A stretch of DNA of 64,000 bases from an uncultured Eubacteriales bacterium (GTDB lineage: Bacteria; Acidobacteriota; Aminicenantia; Aminicenantales; Saccharicenantaceae), in contig CAZGJS010000005.1 in NCBI GenBank assembly GCA_964525875.1, positions 143,184 through 207,183 of the forward strand. The letters run 5' to 3'. The notes below the pieces were generated by a model. It searched no databases. It was given only the letters and a program-made list of their open reading frames with translations, and was not told where the DNA came from. How positions within the stretch are numbered: the stretch's first letter is position 1; the number at the start of each line of letters is the position of its first letter. This document shows positions 52,678 through 62,777 of the stretch, piece after piece. Made by a program: the position numbers and the translations under genes.

Positions 52678-53208
52678 TTGGACACCACGATGCTGATTGA
52701 TATCGACCGCATGCCGAAGGAAGGCCTCCGCCTGTCCAGGGATTTCGAGTTCCTGAACCTGGACCTGGTCGAGGAGAACGCCGTCTTCCTCGAGCCGGCC
52801 CACGCCGAGGTCGCCGTCCGCCTCATCGGCGAGGAGATCCTCGTCCGGGGCGAGATCACGGCCCGGCTGAGCTTCGTCTGCTCGCGCTGCCTGACCCCGT
52901 TCGAATTCCCCGTGGCCAGCAAGTTCGACCTCGTCTACCTCCCCGAGGAGCTCGACGCTCTGTCCGAGGAGCTGTCCGACGAGAAGATCGACCAGAGGTA
53001 CTACAGCGGCCGCCAGCTCGACCTGCGGGCCGTCGTCCTCGAGCAGCTGAACCTGACCTTCCCGGCGAAGCCCCTGTGCGCGGCCGGCTGCGAGGGGATC
53101 TGCGCCGTCTGCGGCGAGCTCATCTGCGACGCCAAGTGCTCGTGCCTCGTCAAAGAGTCCGATTCCCGTTGGAATGAAATCAAATTCAACGTGAGAGACA
53201 AGAGTTAA
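52678..53208 (+). CDS. yceD: YceD/DUF177 family protein
   Basis: 176 aa, TTG start after GAGGA; Cys motifs CSRC...C...CAVCG; classical position before rpmF-plsX. Confidence 0.88.
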   Translation: MDTTMLIDIDRMPKEGLRLSRDFEFLNLDLVEENAVFLEPAHAEVAVRLIGEEILVRGEITARLSFVCSRCLTPFEFPVASKFDLVYLPEELDALSEELSDEKIDQRYYSGRQLDLRAVVLEQLNLTFPAKPLCAAGCEGICAVCGELICDAKCSCLVKESDSRWNEIKFNVRDKS

Positions 53209-53391
53209 ATGCCTAATCCAAAGAGACGCCATTCGCCGGCGAGAAAAGGGAAACGCCGGGCCCACGACGGGCTCACCCTTCCCACCTTCTCCGTCTGCCC
53301 CAAGTGCGGCAACCCCAAGCTGCCGCACCGGGCCTGCCCCGAGTGCGGGCACTACAAGGGACGGCAGGTGACGGAAGGGACAGAAGACTGA
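53209..53391 (+). CDS. rpmF: 50S ribosomal protein L32
   Basis: 60 aa; MPNPKRRHSPARKGKRRAH...CPKCG...CPECG. Confidence 0.93.
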   Translation: MPNPKRRHSPARKGKRRAHDGLTLPTFSVCPKCGNPKLPHRACPECGHYKGRQVTEGTED

Positions 53392-53405
53392 CCCGGGTCT
53401 CGTGC

Positions 53406-54419
53406 ATGAGAATCGCCGTCGACGCAATGGGGGGGGATTTCGGCCCTAAGGCCATCGTGCCCGGCGCCATGCGCGCGGCTGAGGATTTCGGCGTCGATAT
53501 CCTCCTCGTCGGCCTCGAAAGCGCCATTCGCCGGGAGGTCGCCCGAACCGAACTCAAGAAATCCCGGATAACCGTCATCGACGCGCCGGAGGCGATCGGC
53601 ATGGGCGAGAGCGTCCTCGCCTTTCGAAAAAAGAAGGCCTCCTCCATCCGGGTCGCGGCCCAGCTCGTCAAGGACGGCCGGGCCGACGCCTTCGTCAGCA
53701 TGGGCAACACCGGGGCGGTCGTCTATATCTCCCGCGGCGTTCTGGGTTCCCTCAAGGGCGTGGACCGGCCGGCCCTGGCCCTCCTCGTTCCCGGTGTCGA
53801 GGGGCAGACCCTGCTCATCGACGTGGGGGCCAACGCCAACTGTCAGCCCCACAACCTCGTCCAGTTCGCGGTCATGGGCAAGATCTTCATGGAGGCGGTC
53901 GTCGGAGTGAAGGACCCCCGGGTGGGATTGATGAGCATCGGCGAGGAAAAAGGCAAGGGCAACGACCTCGTGCGCGAGACGTTCGACAGGCTCCAGGCGG
54001 TGCCCATGCGCTTCATCGGCAACGTCGAGGGGAAGGACCTGTTCTCCGGCGTCGCCGACGTTATCGTCAGCGACGGTTTCACCGGGAACGTGGCCCTCAA
54101 GGTTTCGGAAGGGGTTGTCCAGAGTGTCCTGTCGATGGCCCGCCACGAGATCACCAAGAACATCTTCGCCAAACTCGGCTACCTCCTCATGAAGCGGCAC
54201 CTGAAAAAGATCTACAAGAAGGTGGATTACTCCGAATACGGTGGCGCCCAGCTCCTCGGCGTCGACGGCGTCTGCATCATAGGCCACGGCCGGTCCAACC
54301 CGGCCGCCGTCCGCAGCGCCGTCCTTCGGGCCCGGGAGTTCGTCGCGAACCGGGTCCAGGAGAAGATCCAGGCGGAGATACTGAGCTACGAGCACGCCCT
54401 CAAAGGAGTAAACGCATGA
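53406..54419 (+). CDS. plsX: Phosphate acyltransferase PlsX
   Basis: 337 aa from ATG 53406; MRIAVDAMGGDFGP and SDGFTGNVALK motifs. Confidence 0.95.
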   Translation: MRIAVDAMGGDFGPKAIVPGAMRAAEDFGVDILLVGLESAIRREVARTELKKSRITVIDAPEAIGMGESVLAFRKKKASSIRVAAQLVKDGRADAFVSMGNTGAVVYISRGVLGSLKGVDRPALALLVPGVEGQTLLIDVGANANCQPHNLVQFAVMGKIFMEAVVGVKDPRVGLMSIGEEKGKGNDLVRETFDRLQAVPMRFIGNVEGKDLFSGVADVIVSDGFTGNVALKVSEGVVQSVLSMARHEITKNIFAKLGYLLMKRHLKKIYKKVDYSEYGGAQLLGVDGVCIIGHGRSNPAAVRSAVLRAREFVANRVQEKIQAEILSYEHALKGVNA

Positions 54420-55159
54420 GACGCTTCGAAGGACGGGTGTCGATCGTCACCGGCGCCTCCCAGGGGATCGGAGAGGCCATCGCCCGCGACCTCGCCGCCG
54501 AGGGGGCGGCCGTCGTCCTCGTCGACGTCCAGCCGGAGAAGCTCGAGGCCGTGGTCCGGTCGATCGCCGACGCCGGCGGCAAGGCCGAGGCCCACCAGGC
54601 CGACGTCGCCGACGCGGCCGCCGTCGAGCGCGTCGTCAGCGCCGTCACCGCCGCGCACGGCCGGATCGACCATCTGGTCAACAACGCCGGCATCACCCGC
54701 GACGGTCTGCTCATGCGCATGCGGGAGGAGGACTGGGACGCCGTCATCCGGGTCAACCTGAAGGGGACCTTCAACCTCTCTAAGGCCGTCATCCGGACGA
54801 TGATCGCGGCGAAATACGGCCGGATCGTCAACATCGCCTCGGTCGCCGGACTCATGGGCAACGCCGGTCAGGCCAACTACTCGGCCTCCAAGGCCGGCGT
54901 CATCGCCCTGGCCCGGTCGCTGGCCCGCGAAGTCGGCGCCCGGGGCATCACCGTCAACGCGGTCGCGCCCGGGTTCATCGCGACGGCCATGACGGACGTC
55001 TTGCCCGAGGACATCAAGAAGGCTTACCTCGAGATCATCCCCATGAGAAAATTCGGGCTTCCCAAAGACGTGGCGTCTGCGGTATTATTCCTGCTCTCCG
55101 ACGAGGCTGCTTATATCACGGGCCAGGTGGTCAGCGTGAACGGCGGCATGTATATGTAG
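54416..55159 (+). CDS. fabG: 3-oxoacyl-[ACP] reductase FabG
   Basis: 247 aa SDR; [20 protein letters not shown] motifs; ATGA overlap with plsX. Confidence 0.93.
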   Translation: MRRFEGRVSIVTGASQGIGEAIARDLAAEGAAVVLVDVQPEKLEAVVRSIADAGGKAEAHQADVADAAAVERVVSAVTAAHGRIDHLVNNAGITRDGLLMRMREEDWDAVIRVNLKGTFNLSKAVIRTMIAAKYGRIVNIASVAGLMGNAGQANYSASKAGVIALARSLAREVGARGITVNAVAPGFIATAMTDVLPEDIKKAYLEIIPMRKFGLPKDVASAVLFLLSDEAAYITGQVVSVNGGMYM

Positions 55160-55203
55160 GCGGTCCGCCATCATCTGTATCAATTCTTTTTGAGGAGGAC
55201 AGT

Positions 55204-55446
55204 ATGGAAAGAGCCGAACTGCTCAAGAAAGTCAGGGCGATCGTTTCGGACAAGCTGAGCATCAGCGAGGAGCAGGTCACTGAAGACGCGTCCTTCATCG
55301 ATGATCTCGGCGCCGACTCTCTGGATACGGTCGAGCTGGTCATGGCCCTGGAGGACGAGTTCGGGCTGGACATCCCCGACGACCAGGCCGAAAAGATGAA
55401 CACGGTGGGCAAGGCCATCGACTACATCGTCGGCCACGCCAAGTAG
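55204..55446 (+). CDS. acpP: Acyl carrier protein
   Basis: 80 aa; [21 protein letters not shown] phosphopantetheine site. Confidence 0.95.
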   Translation: MERAELLKKVRAIVSDKLSISEEQVTEDASFIDDLGADSLDTVELVMALEDEFGLDIPDDQAEKMNTVGKAIDYIVGHAK

Positions 55447-55481
55447 ATCCGCCCGCGCCTTTTTTCCTGATCGACCGTCAA

Positions 55482-56744
<1,263 letters not shown>

Positions 56745-56753
56745 GGCCGGGTT

Positions 56754-56807
56754 CCCGGTCTTGCCGGTTTCCAGCGCCGGCACTGCAAAGCCGGTGCTAG
56801 GACCGGG
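56754..56807 (+). repeat. Hairpin repeat E, copy 2 (intergenic fabF-etfB)
   Basis: 35-nt core 56762-56796 is 34/35 identical to 30743-30777; flanking stem cccggtc/gaccggg differs from copy 1 but still pairs. Confidence 0.65.
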
Positions 56808-56836
56808 GCGGGGCATTTCTCAAGAGGAGAGGACAC

Positions 56837-57619
56837 ATGAACATTCTCGTTTTCGTCAAGCGGGTTCCCGACACGGAATCCCGCATCCGGATCCAGCACG
56901 AGGCGAAATCGATCGTCGAGGACGGGCTGAATTTCGTCGTCAGCCCCTACGACGAATACGCGGTGGAGGAGGCCCTGAAGCTCAGGGAAGCCAAGGGCGG
57001 GACGGTCCGCGTCGTTTCGGTGGGAAAGGACGAGGCCGTCGCCGTCCTCCGCAAGTGCCTGGCCATGGGGGCCGACGAGGCCTTTTTGGTCAAGGACGAT
57101 TCCCTTGAAACCTACGACGGTCTGCGGACGGCCCGCATCATCGCCCGGGCGGTGGAGCGGAAGTTCGCCGGGACGGACCTGCTCCTTTTCGGGAAGCAGT
57201 CGGTCGGCGCCGACAACAGCCAGGTTCCGGCCATGGTCGCCGAGCTCCTCGGCCTGCCCCAGGCGACCGTCGTGACCAAGCTCGAAGTCGAGGGGACCTC
57301 CGCGACGGCCCTCCGCGAGATCGAGGGGGGGATGGAAAAGGTCGCCCTCGCTCTCCCGGCCGTCGTCACCGCCCAAAAAGGCCTGAACGAGCCCCGCTAC
57401 GAAACGCTCAAGGGCATCATGGCTGCTAAGAAAAAGGACATCCCCGTCGTCAAGCTCGAAGAGCTGGGCCTCGGGCCGGACGAGCTCGCCTCGCAGGTCG
57501 AGGTCACCGGCCTGGACGTCCCGGCCCAAAGACAGGCCGGGAGGATCCTGACGGGTGATCCGGCCGAGACGGCCCGCGAGCTCGTGCGTCTCCTCCGGAT
57601 CGAGGCCAAGGTTATATAA
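56837..57619 (+). CDS. etfB: Electron transfer flavoprotein beta subunit
   Basis: 260 aa; MNILVFVKRVPD..., typical EtfB. Confidence 0.92.
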   Translation: MNILVFVKRVPDTESRIRIQHEAKSIVEDGLNFVVSPYDEYAVEEALKLREAKGGTVRVVSVGKDEAVAVLRKCLAMGADEAFLVKDDSLETYDGLRTARIIARAVERKFAGTDLLLFGKQSVGADNSQVPAMVAELLGLPQATVVTKLEVEGTSATALREIEGGMEKVALALPAVVTAQKGLNEPRYETLKGIMAAKKKDIPVVKLEELGLGPDELASQVEVTGLDVPAQRQAGRILTGDPAETARELVRLLRIEAKVI

Positions 57620-57631
57620 AGGAGAAGGACG

Positions 57632-58609
57632 ATGATCGCCGTATTCATGGAAAAGCGGGACGGGAAGATCAAGAAGAGCTCCCTCGAAGCCCTCTCCGAG
57701 GCCAAACGCCGGGCCGGAGAGATGGGGGTCGAGACGGCCGCCGTCCTGGTCGGCGACGCCGTCGCGGACCTAGCGCCTGCAGCCTTCGGCCGCGGTGCGG
57801 CCAAGGTCTATATTATAGAAAATAATACTCTGATGGACTATTCCTCGCAAGCTTACGCGCTGGCCCTGGCCGATTTTGTCAGGGAGGCGAAACCCGCGGC
57901 CCTCTTTTTCGCGGCCACGGCCATGGGCCGGGACCTCGCGCCACGGGTCGCCGCCCGGCTCGGCGCGGGCCTCGCTTCGGATTGCGTGAAAATCGCAGTC
58001 AAGGCCGGAGCGCTCGAATTCACCCGTCCGATCTACGCGGGCAAGGCGTTCCTGTCCCTGACCCTGAGATCCACGCCCAAGGTGGCCACCCTCCGGCCGA
58101 ACGTCTTCCCGCTCGGCGAAGCCGTTCCCGGCGCCGGAGAAGTCATCAAGATGGACGTCACGGTCCCCGACGGAACGGTCAAGGGCCGCGTCACCGAAGT
58201 CATCAAGGAAGAGAGCGCGGAAGTCGACGTCACAGAAGCCGATGTGGTCGTTTCGGGCGGCCGCGGTCTCAAGGGGCCGGAAAACTTCGCCCTGCTCCGG
58301 GACCTCGCGGCCGTCTTCCCCCGCGCCGCCGTGGGCGCCTCGCGCTCGGCCGTCGACTCCGGCTGGATCGGCCATTCGCACCAGGTCGGGCAGACGGGAA
58401 AAACCGTCTCCCCCAACCTCTATATCGCCGTGGGGATTTCCGGGGCCATCCAGCACCTGGCCGGGATGTCGTCCTCGAAGGTCATCGTGGCCGTCAACAA
58501 GGACGCCGAGGCGCCGATCTTCAAGGTTGCCGACTACGGCATCCTCGGCGACCTCTTCGAAGTCGTGCCGCGGCTCAGGGACGAACTGAAGAAGGCCCTG
58601 GCGGAGTAG
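57632..58609 (+). CDS. etfA: Electron transfer flavoprotein alpha subunit
   Basis: 325 aa; C-terminal FAD-binding motifs ([23 protein letters not shown]). Confidence 0.92.
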   Translation: MIAVFMEKRDGKIKKSSLEALSEAKRRAGEMGVETAAVLVGDAVADLAPAAFGRGAAKVYIIENNTLMDYSSQAYALALADFVREAKPAALFFAATAMGRDLAPRVAARLGAGLASDCVKIAVKAGALEFTRPIYAGKAFLSLTLRSTPKVATLRPNVFPLGEAVPGAGEVIKMDVTVPDGTVKGRVTEVIKEESAEVDVTEADVVVSGGRGLKGPENFALLRDLAAVFPRAAVGASRSAVDSGWIGHSHQVGQTGKTVSPNLYIAVGISGAIQHLAGMSSSKVIVAVNKDAEAPIFKVADYGILGDLFEVVPRLRDELKKALAE

Positions 58610-58625
58610 CCTGCGCTTAAAGGTT

Positions 58626-58826
58626 CTTCTCCCGTTTTCAGGGACGCTCCGAGGGGTAGCTTGGCGACAGATATCGCCCTTAGCCCCCCGGCCCCCCCGG
58701 GAACCAGTCCCGGCGGTTCCCCCGTCCCGCTTCTCTCGAAGCGGGACGGGTCCCCCTCCGCTACGGGGGTCTTTAGGCCGATATCTATCGCCAGCTCTCG
58801 ATTCGCGTCCCCAATAACGGGAGAAG
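58626..58826. repeat. ~200-bp imperfect palindrome between convergent etfA and the polyferredoxin gene
   Basis: Arms cttctcccgtt (58626-36)/aacgggagaag (58816-26), gggacgc/gcgtccc, ggcgacagatatcg/cgatatctatcgcc; apex hairpin 58724-58747 shares 21 nt with 31514-31534. Confidence 0.65.
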
Positions 58827-58829
58827 TAC

Positions 58830-60443
58830 CTATTTATACGGGTCGGCGGACGTCTCCTTCGTAATGTCGAGGAGCAGCCTGTTCGTCGCCGACCGCGTCT
58901 CGCCGACGCTCGTGACGAAGATGGCCGGGTCGTCCATGACCGGGCACTTGTTCTCGCAGATGCCGCATCCGGTGCAGAGCTCGAGGTCGATAACAGGGGC
59001 CTTCTGGACGGCGACCGAGCCGTCGGGGAGCTTGGTCTCGACCTCAAGGAACTTGATGGCTTTCGGCGAGACGGGGCAGTGTTCCTCGCAGACGATGCAG
59101 GGCTTACCCAGGACAAAGGGGATGCACCGGTTCTTGTTGACCCAGGCCGTGCCGATCTTGACCTTGTTCTTCTCCTCGATCGAGAGCTTCTTGATGGCCC
59201 CCGTCGGGCAGACCTGGGTGCAAAGCGAGCAGTAGTACTCGCAATAGCCGACTTTGGGAACGAGCATCGGGGTGTAGATCCCCTCGGGCCCGGCCTCGGT
59301 CAGGACGGGCTGGAGCCCGCCCGTCGGGCAGGCCCGCATGCACTGGGCGCACTTGACGCACTTCGCCAGGAACTTGTCCTCGGGGAGCGAGCCGGGCGGC
59401 CGGATGAGCTTGGGCGAGGCCCGCTTGTGGAAAGGCGTCAGCCGGAAGAAGGGCACCGCGACAATGCCCAGCAGGGTGGTCAGGATAAGCTTGCGTCTCG
59501 AGAGATCGACGTTCGAGACGTTGGTCATTTTTTCGGGCCGAGCGGAAACCGGGAAACGTATGGCGCCGGTCGGGCAGATCGAGGCGCAGTTCTGGCAGTA
59601 GATACACTCGCCACTTTTCCACTTCTCATTCGGATAGGGCTGGGCCTGCGTTTCACAGTGCTGGGTGCAGAGGCCGCACTGGATGCATTTCTCTTGGTCG
59701 ATCTTGAGCTTGAACAGGTTCCAGCGGCTGAGGAGGCCGAGGAGGGCGCCGGTCGGGCAGAGATAGCGGCACCAGAACCTTTCCTTTCGGGCGTTGAGCG
59801 CGACCGCGCCGAGGAAGAGAAGGCCGACGGAGAACCCCTGGATGAACGTAACGCTGATGGTCCAGTTTTCGAGGGCCTGGGAGATCGAACGGGCCGGGCC
59901 GATGATCCCGAGGCCGTAGAGGACGCCGTTGAAGTTGGAAAGGGCGTAGGCTAGCGAGGGGAACACGGCCGTAGCGAAGGACCGGGTCAGGAAGGAAAAC
60001 GGGTCGAGGTATCCGGCCAGATCCAAACCGAACAGAGCTCCGGCCAGGACGATGATCAGGATGTAGTACTTCCAGGCCAGGCTCGTTTTCTCTTCCCGCG
60101 GCGGCTTGAGGAACTTCGTTTTCTTGAAGACGAAGGAGGAGAATTGGTGGACGGCGCCGAGGGGGCAGACCCAGCCGCAGAAGACGCGGCCGAAGAGGAT
60201 GGTGGCCACGACCGTGATCAGCGCGAAAGCGAAGTAGGCGTAGACAAGACGCGCCGAAACGATGGTGACCAGGGCGAGCAGAGGGTCGAAGTGGAAGAAA
60301 CGCTGGGCGGTCGAGCCGATGTCGTCCTGGCCCGTGTAGTGGGCGCCGAGCAGAAGATAGAGGAAGAGCCCGAAGAACGCCGTCTGGCCGGCCATCCGGA
60401 GGAGCTCGAGGACGCGGTGCTTCCTAGATTTTTCTCTTTTCAA
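58830..60443 (-). CDS. Membrane polyferredoxin (NapH/MauN-like N-domain plus multiple 4Fe-4S domains)
   Basis: 537 aa (TTG start); CGWVCPLG and CRYLCPTG motifs in the TM region, then six CxxCxxCxxxC(P) motifs. Confidence 0.8.
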   Translation of the reverse strand: MKREKSRKHRVLELLRMAGQTAFFGLFLYLLLGAHYTGQDDIGSTAQRFFHFDPLLALVTIVSARLVYAYFAFALITVVATILFGRVFCGWVCPLGAVHQFSSFVFKKTKFLKPPREEKTSLAWKYYILIIVLAGALFGLDLAGYLDPFSFLTRSFATAVFPSLAYALSNFNGVLYGLGIIGPARSISQALENWTISVTFIQGFSVGLLFLGAVALNARKERFWCRYLCPTGALLGLLSRWNLFKLKIDQEKCIQCGLCTQHCETQAQPYPNEKWKSGECIYCQNCASICPTGAIRFPVSARPEKMTNVSNVDLSRRKLILTTLLGIVAVPFFRLTPFHKRASPKLIRPPGSLPEDKFLAKCVKCAQCMRACPTGGLQPVLTEAGPEGIYTPMLVPKVGYCEYYCSLCTQVCPTGAIKKLSIEEKNKVKIGTAWVNKNRCIPFVLGKPCIVCEEHCPVSPKAIKFLEVETKLPDGSVAVQKAPVIDLELCTGCGICENKCPVMDDPAIFVTSVGETRSATNRLLLDITKETSADPYK

Positions 60444-61323
60444 GGCGGACTTTCTCCAGTTCGAATTCTCCGAGACCCCGCTCCCGGGCGAAACCGAGGT
60501 AGGGAAGCTCGCGCGGCGCGACCCCGAAGAACGAGGCGCCTAGGGCGTCCACGGCGACTGGGTCAGTCCCGGCGACGACGGTCTTGACGAGCTCGGTGTC
60601 CGATACCCGCCCGCCCTGCGGCCCGTTGCGGACGAGGATGCGGTAGGCGTCGAGGACGGTCAGCTGGGGTTTGAAGAAGGCGGCAAGATCGACCACGGCC
60701 TTGTCGAGGCTCTGGTGGAGCTGGTTGCGGGCGCCGCCGATCGCGCCGAGCCAGTTCTTCATGCCCAGGGTCAGACGGCAGAGCGAATGGTGCTTGGCGA
60801 TGGGGACGTTGATGATCTTGTCCGCTTCGACGACGTCGAGGACAACGTCCCACTCCTTGAGCCAGGCGCCCTTTAGGGCCATCTTCTTGATCCGGTAGTC
60901 GTCGACGAAAAGCATGTCGCCGCCGGCCTGCTTCACGGCCTCCTGGATGCCGGAGCGGACGTAGCACCTCTTGGCCTGGTTGGTCGTGTTGTCGATGACG
61001 ATGGCCGTCTTCGCCCCGGCATCTAGGACGAGCTCGACGAGGGCCTTGACCACCTCAGGGTTGGTGCAGGCGGCCATCTCCGGTGTCCGGTCCCAGCCGA
61101 TGTTCGGCTTGATGACGACCTTGTCGCCCTTGCCCACGAACCGCTTCATGCCGCCGAGCGCGGCGATGGCTTCCTTGGTGATGGCGTAAGGGGATTCGCC
61201 CTCGACCGCGGCGAGTTGAAGGGCCCGGCCCTCGGCGGAAGCCTGTCCCGCGAATACCCCCGGCCCGAAGCGGAGAACCAAGCTGCCCGCGGCCAGGTCC
61301 CTGATGAAATCGCGTCTCTTCAT
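60424..61323 (-). CDS. TAT-exported DUF362 domain protein
   Basis: 299 aa; twin-arginine signal MKRRDFIRDLAAG; DUF362-like core (VVIKPNIGW...). Confidence 0.8.
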   Translation of the reverse strand: MKRRDFIRDLAAGSLVLRFGPGVFAGQASAEGRALQLAAVEGESPYAITKEAIAALGGMKRFVGKGDKVVIKPNIGWDRTPEMAACTNPEVVKALVELVLDAGAKTAIVIDNTTNQAKRCYVRSGIQEAVKQAGGDMLFVDDYRIKKMALKGAWLKEWDVVLDVVEADKIINVPIAKHHSLCRLTLGMKNWLGAIGGARNQLHQSLDKAVVDLAAFFKPQLTVLDAYRILVRNGPQGGRVSDTELVKTVVAGTDPVAVDALGASFFGVAPRELPYLGFARERGLGEFELEKVRLEKRKI

Positions 61324-61328
61324 CGCTT

Positions 61329-62549
61329 CTATCCTTTCCCGAGGGAACGTATGTATCCCATGATCCCGTCGTAGATGCCCTGGGCGGCCAGCTCGCGGTA
61401 TTTCTTGGTCTTGAGCTTGGCTTCTTCCTTGGCGTTGCTGAGGTGGGAGATCTCGACCAGCACGGAGGGCATCTCGCCCCCGATGAGGACCCAGAAGGGG
61501 CCGCCCTTGACGCCCAGGTTCTTGATGGACGGGAGGTCCTGGGACAGGGCCCGGACGAGACTCTGCTGGATGAATTCGGCCAGCTCCCGCGATTCCTGGA
61601 TCTTGCTGTTCCGGACGATCTGCTGGAGGACGGTCTTCATCTCGCCGATGTTCTTGGTCGAGGTGGCGTTCTCGAACGCGGCCAGCTCGATAACCGAGGG
61701 GTCGGGGCTGATGTTCAGGAAAAACGTCTCGACGCCGCCGCGCTTCCTGTCCCGGTGGGCGTTGGAGTGGATGGACACGAAAAGGTCGGCCCGTTTCTGG
61801 TTGGCGATGACCGTCCGGTTCTCGAGGGGCACGTCGACGTCCGACTCCCGGGTCAGGATGGCGTCGAGGCCGGCCTTTTCCTTGAGCAATTTCCGGAGGG
61901 CCAGGGCGACGTCGAGGTTGACGGTCTTCTCCTGGAGCCCGCTCTTGCCGATCGTGCCGGGCCGCGGGCCGCCGTGGCCGGGGTCGATGACGATGGTCCG
62001 GACACCGAGCCCGAGCTGGCGGGCCATGGAGGTCCCCGCGAGGCTCGGGTCCCGAGGGGCGACCTCGCGTTTCACGGGCGGCTGGGTCTTATCGGCGGGG
62101 GGCGGCGCCTTGCCGGGCGGCGTCGCTGAGGGCGGGGCTTTCGTCTCGTGGGGGTAGATGTCGATGACCAGCCGGAACGGGTCGAAAAGATGATAGACCC
62201 TGTGGGATAGGATTCTGGAAAAATCGACGTCGACGGCGACCCGGACCGTCGAGGGCGTTTTCTGCGAGATCCGGACCTGGCTGATGTAATCCGCCTCGAC
62301 CGGGTAGGATTGGCCCTGGAGGATGGGGTTGAGCTTGGCCTGGAGGACGTCGACGTAGATCCGGCCGGGGTCTTGGAGCTCGCCGGGGATGTATTCGCGG
62401 AGCTTGCCGATGTCGAGGACGATGCGGGTGAAGTTCGTATGGGTGAAACGGCGGAGGTTGACGATCTCGACCCGCTGGTCGTCCTGAGGCGCGGCCGCGA
62501 GGAGGACAGAGAGACATGCCAGGACCGGAAAGAGCGGCCGTATCCTCAT
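61329..62549 (-). CDS. N-acetylmuramoyl-L-alanine amidase (AmiC-like, AMIN + amidase_3)
   Basis: 406 aa from ATG 62549 (TTG 62558 possible); signal peptide, AMIN-like N-domain, VIDPGHGG and SIHSNA motifs. Confidence 0.88.
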   Translation of the reverse strand: MRIRPLFPVLACLSVLLAAAPQDDQRVEIVNLRRFTHTNFTRIVLDIGKLREYIPGELQDPGRIYVDVLQAKLNPILQGQSYPVEADYISQVRISQKTPSTVRVAVDVDFSRILSHRVYHLFDPFRLVIDIYPHETKAPPSATPPGKAPPPADKTQPPVKREVAPRDPSLAGTSMARQLGLGVRTIVIDPGHGGPRPGTIGKSGLQEKTVNLDVALALRKLLKEKAGLDAILTRESDVDVPLENRTVIANQKRADLFVSIHSNAHRDRKRGGVETFFLNISPDPSVIELAAFENATSTKNIGEMKTVLQQIVRNSKIQESRELAEFIQQSLVRALSQDLPSIKNLGVKGGPFWVLIGGEMPSVLVEISHLSNAKEEAKLKTKKYRELAAQGIYDGIMGYIRSLGKG

Positions 62550-62654
62550 GGGCTTCAATTCATATTGATTTTATAGGACCGGTCGCCCGTTGTCCACCGG
62601 CAAGGCCGTGTCCGCTCATTAACGCTCGGGCCGCCCTCCCTAATACGGCGCCTT

Positions 62655-62775
62655 AAGGGGGCCGAGGGGATCGTCGGAGGAAGCATAAAGCGGTGATTTA
62701 GCCGTCATGGGCCGGAGCAGGCCCATGACGACGTTAGGAATCACCGCAGCGAACGGAGACGATCCCCGAGGCCTA
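62655..62775 (-). repeat. Minimal repeat unit U, copy R4: B(rc) 62655-62700, hairpin 62703-62730, A 62739-62773
   Basis: Folds as one long hairpin: outer stem 62660-75/62758-73, inner stem 62690-98/62739-47, apex 62703-13/62720-30; matches modules in R1-R3. Confidence 0.75.
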
Positions 62776-62777
62776 CT

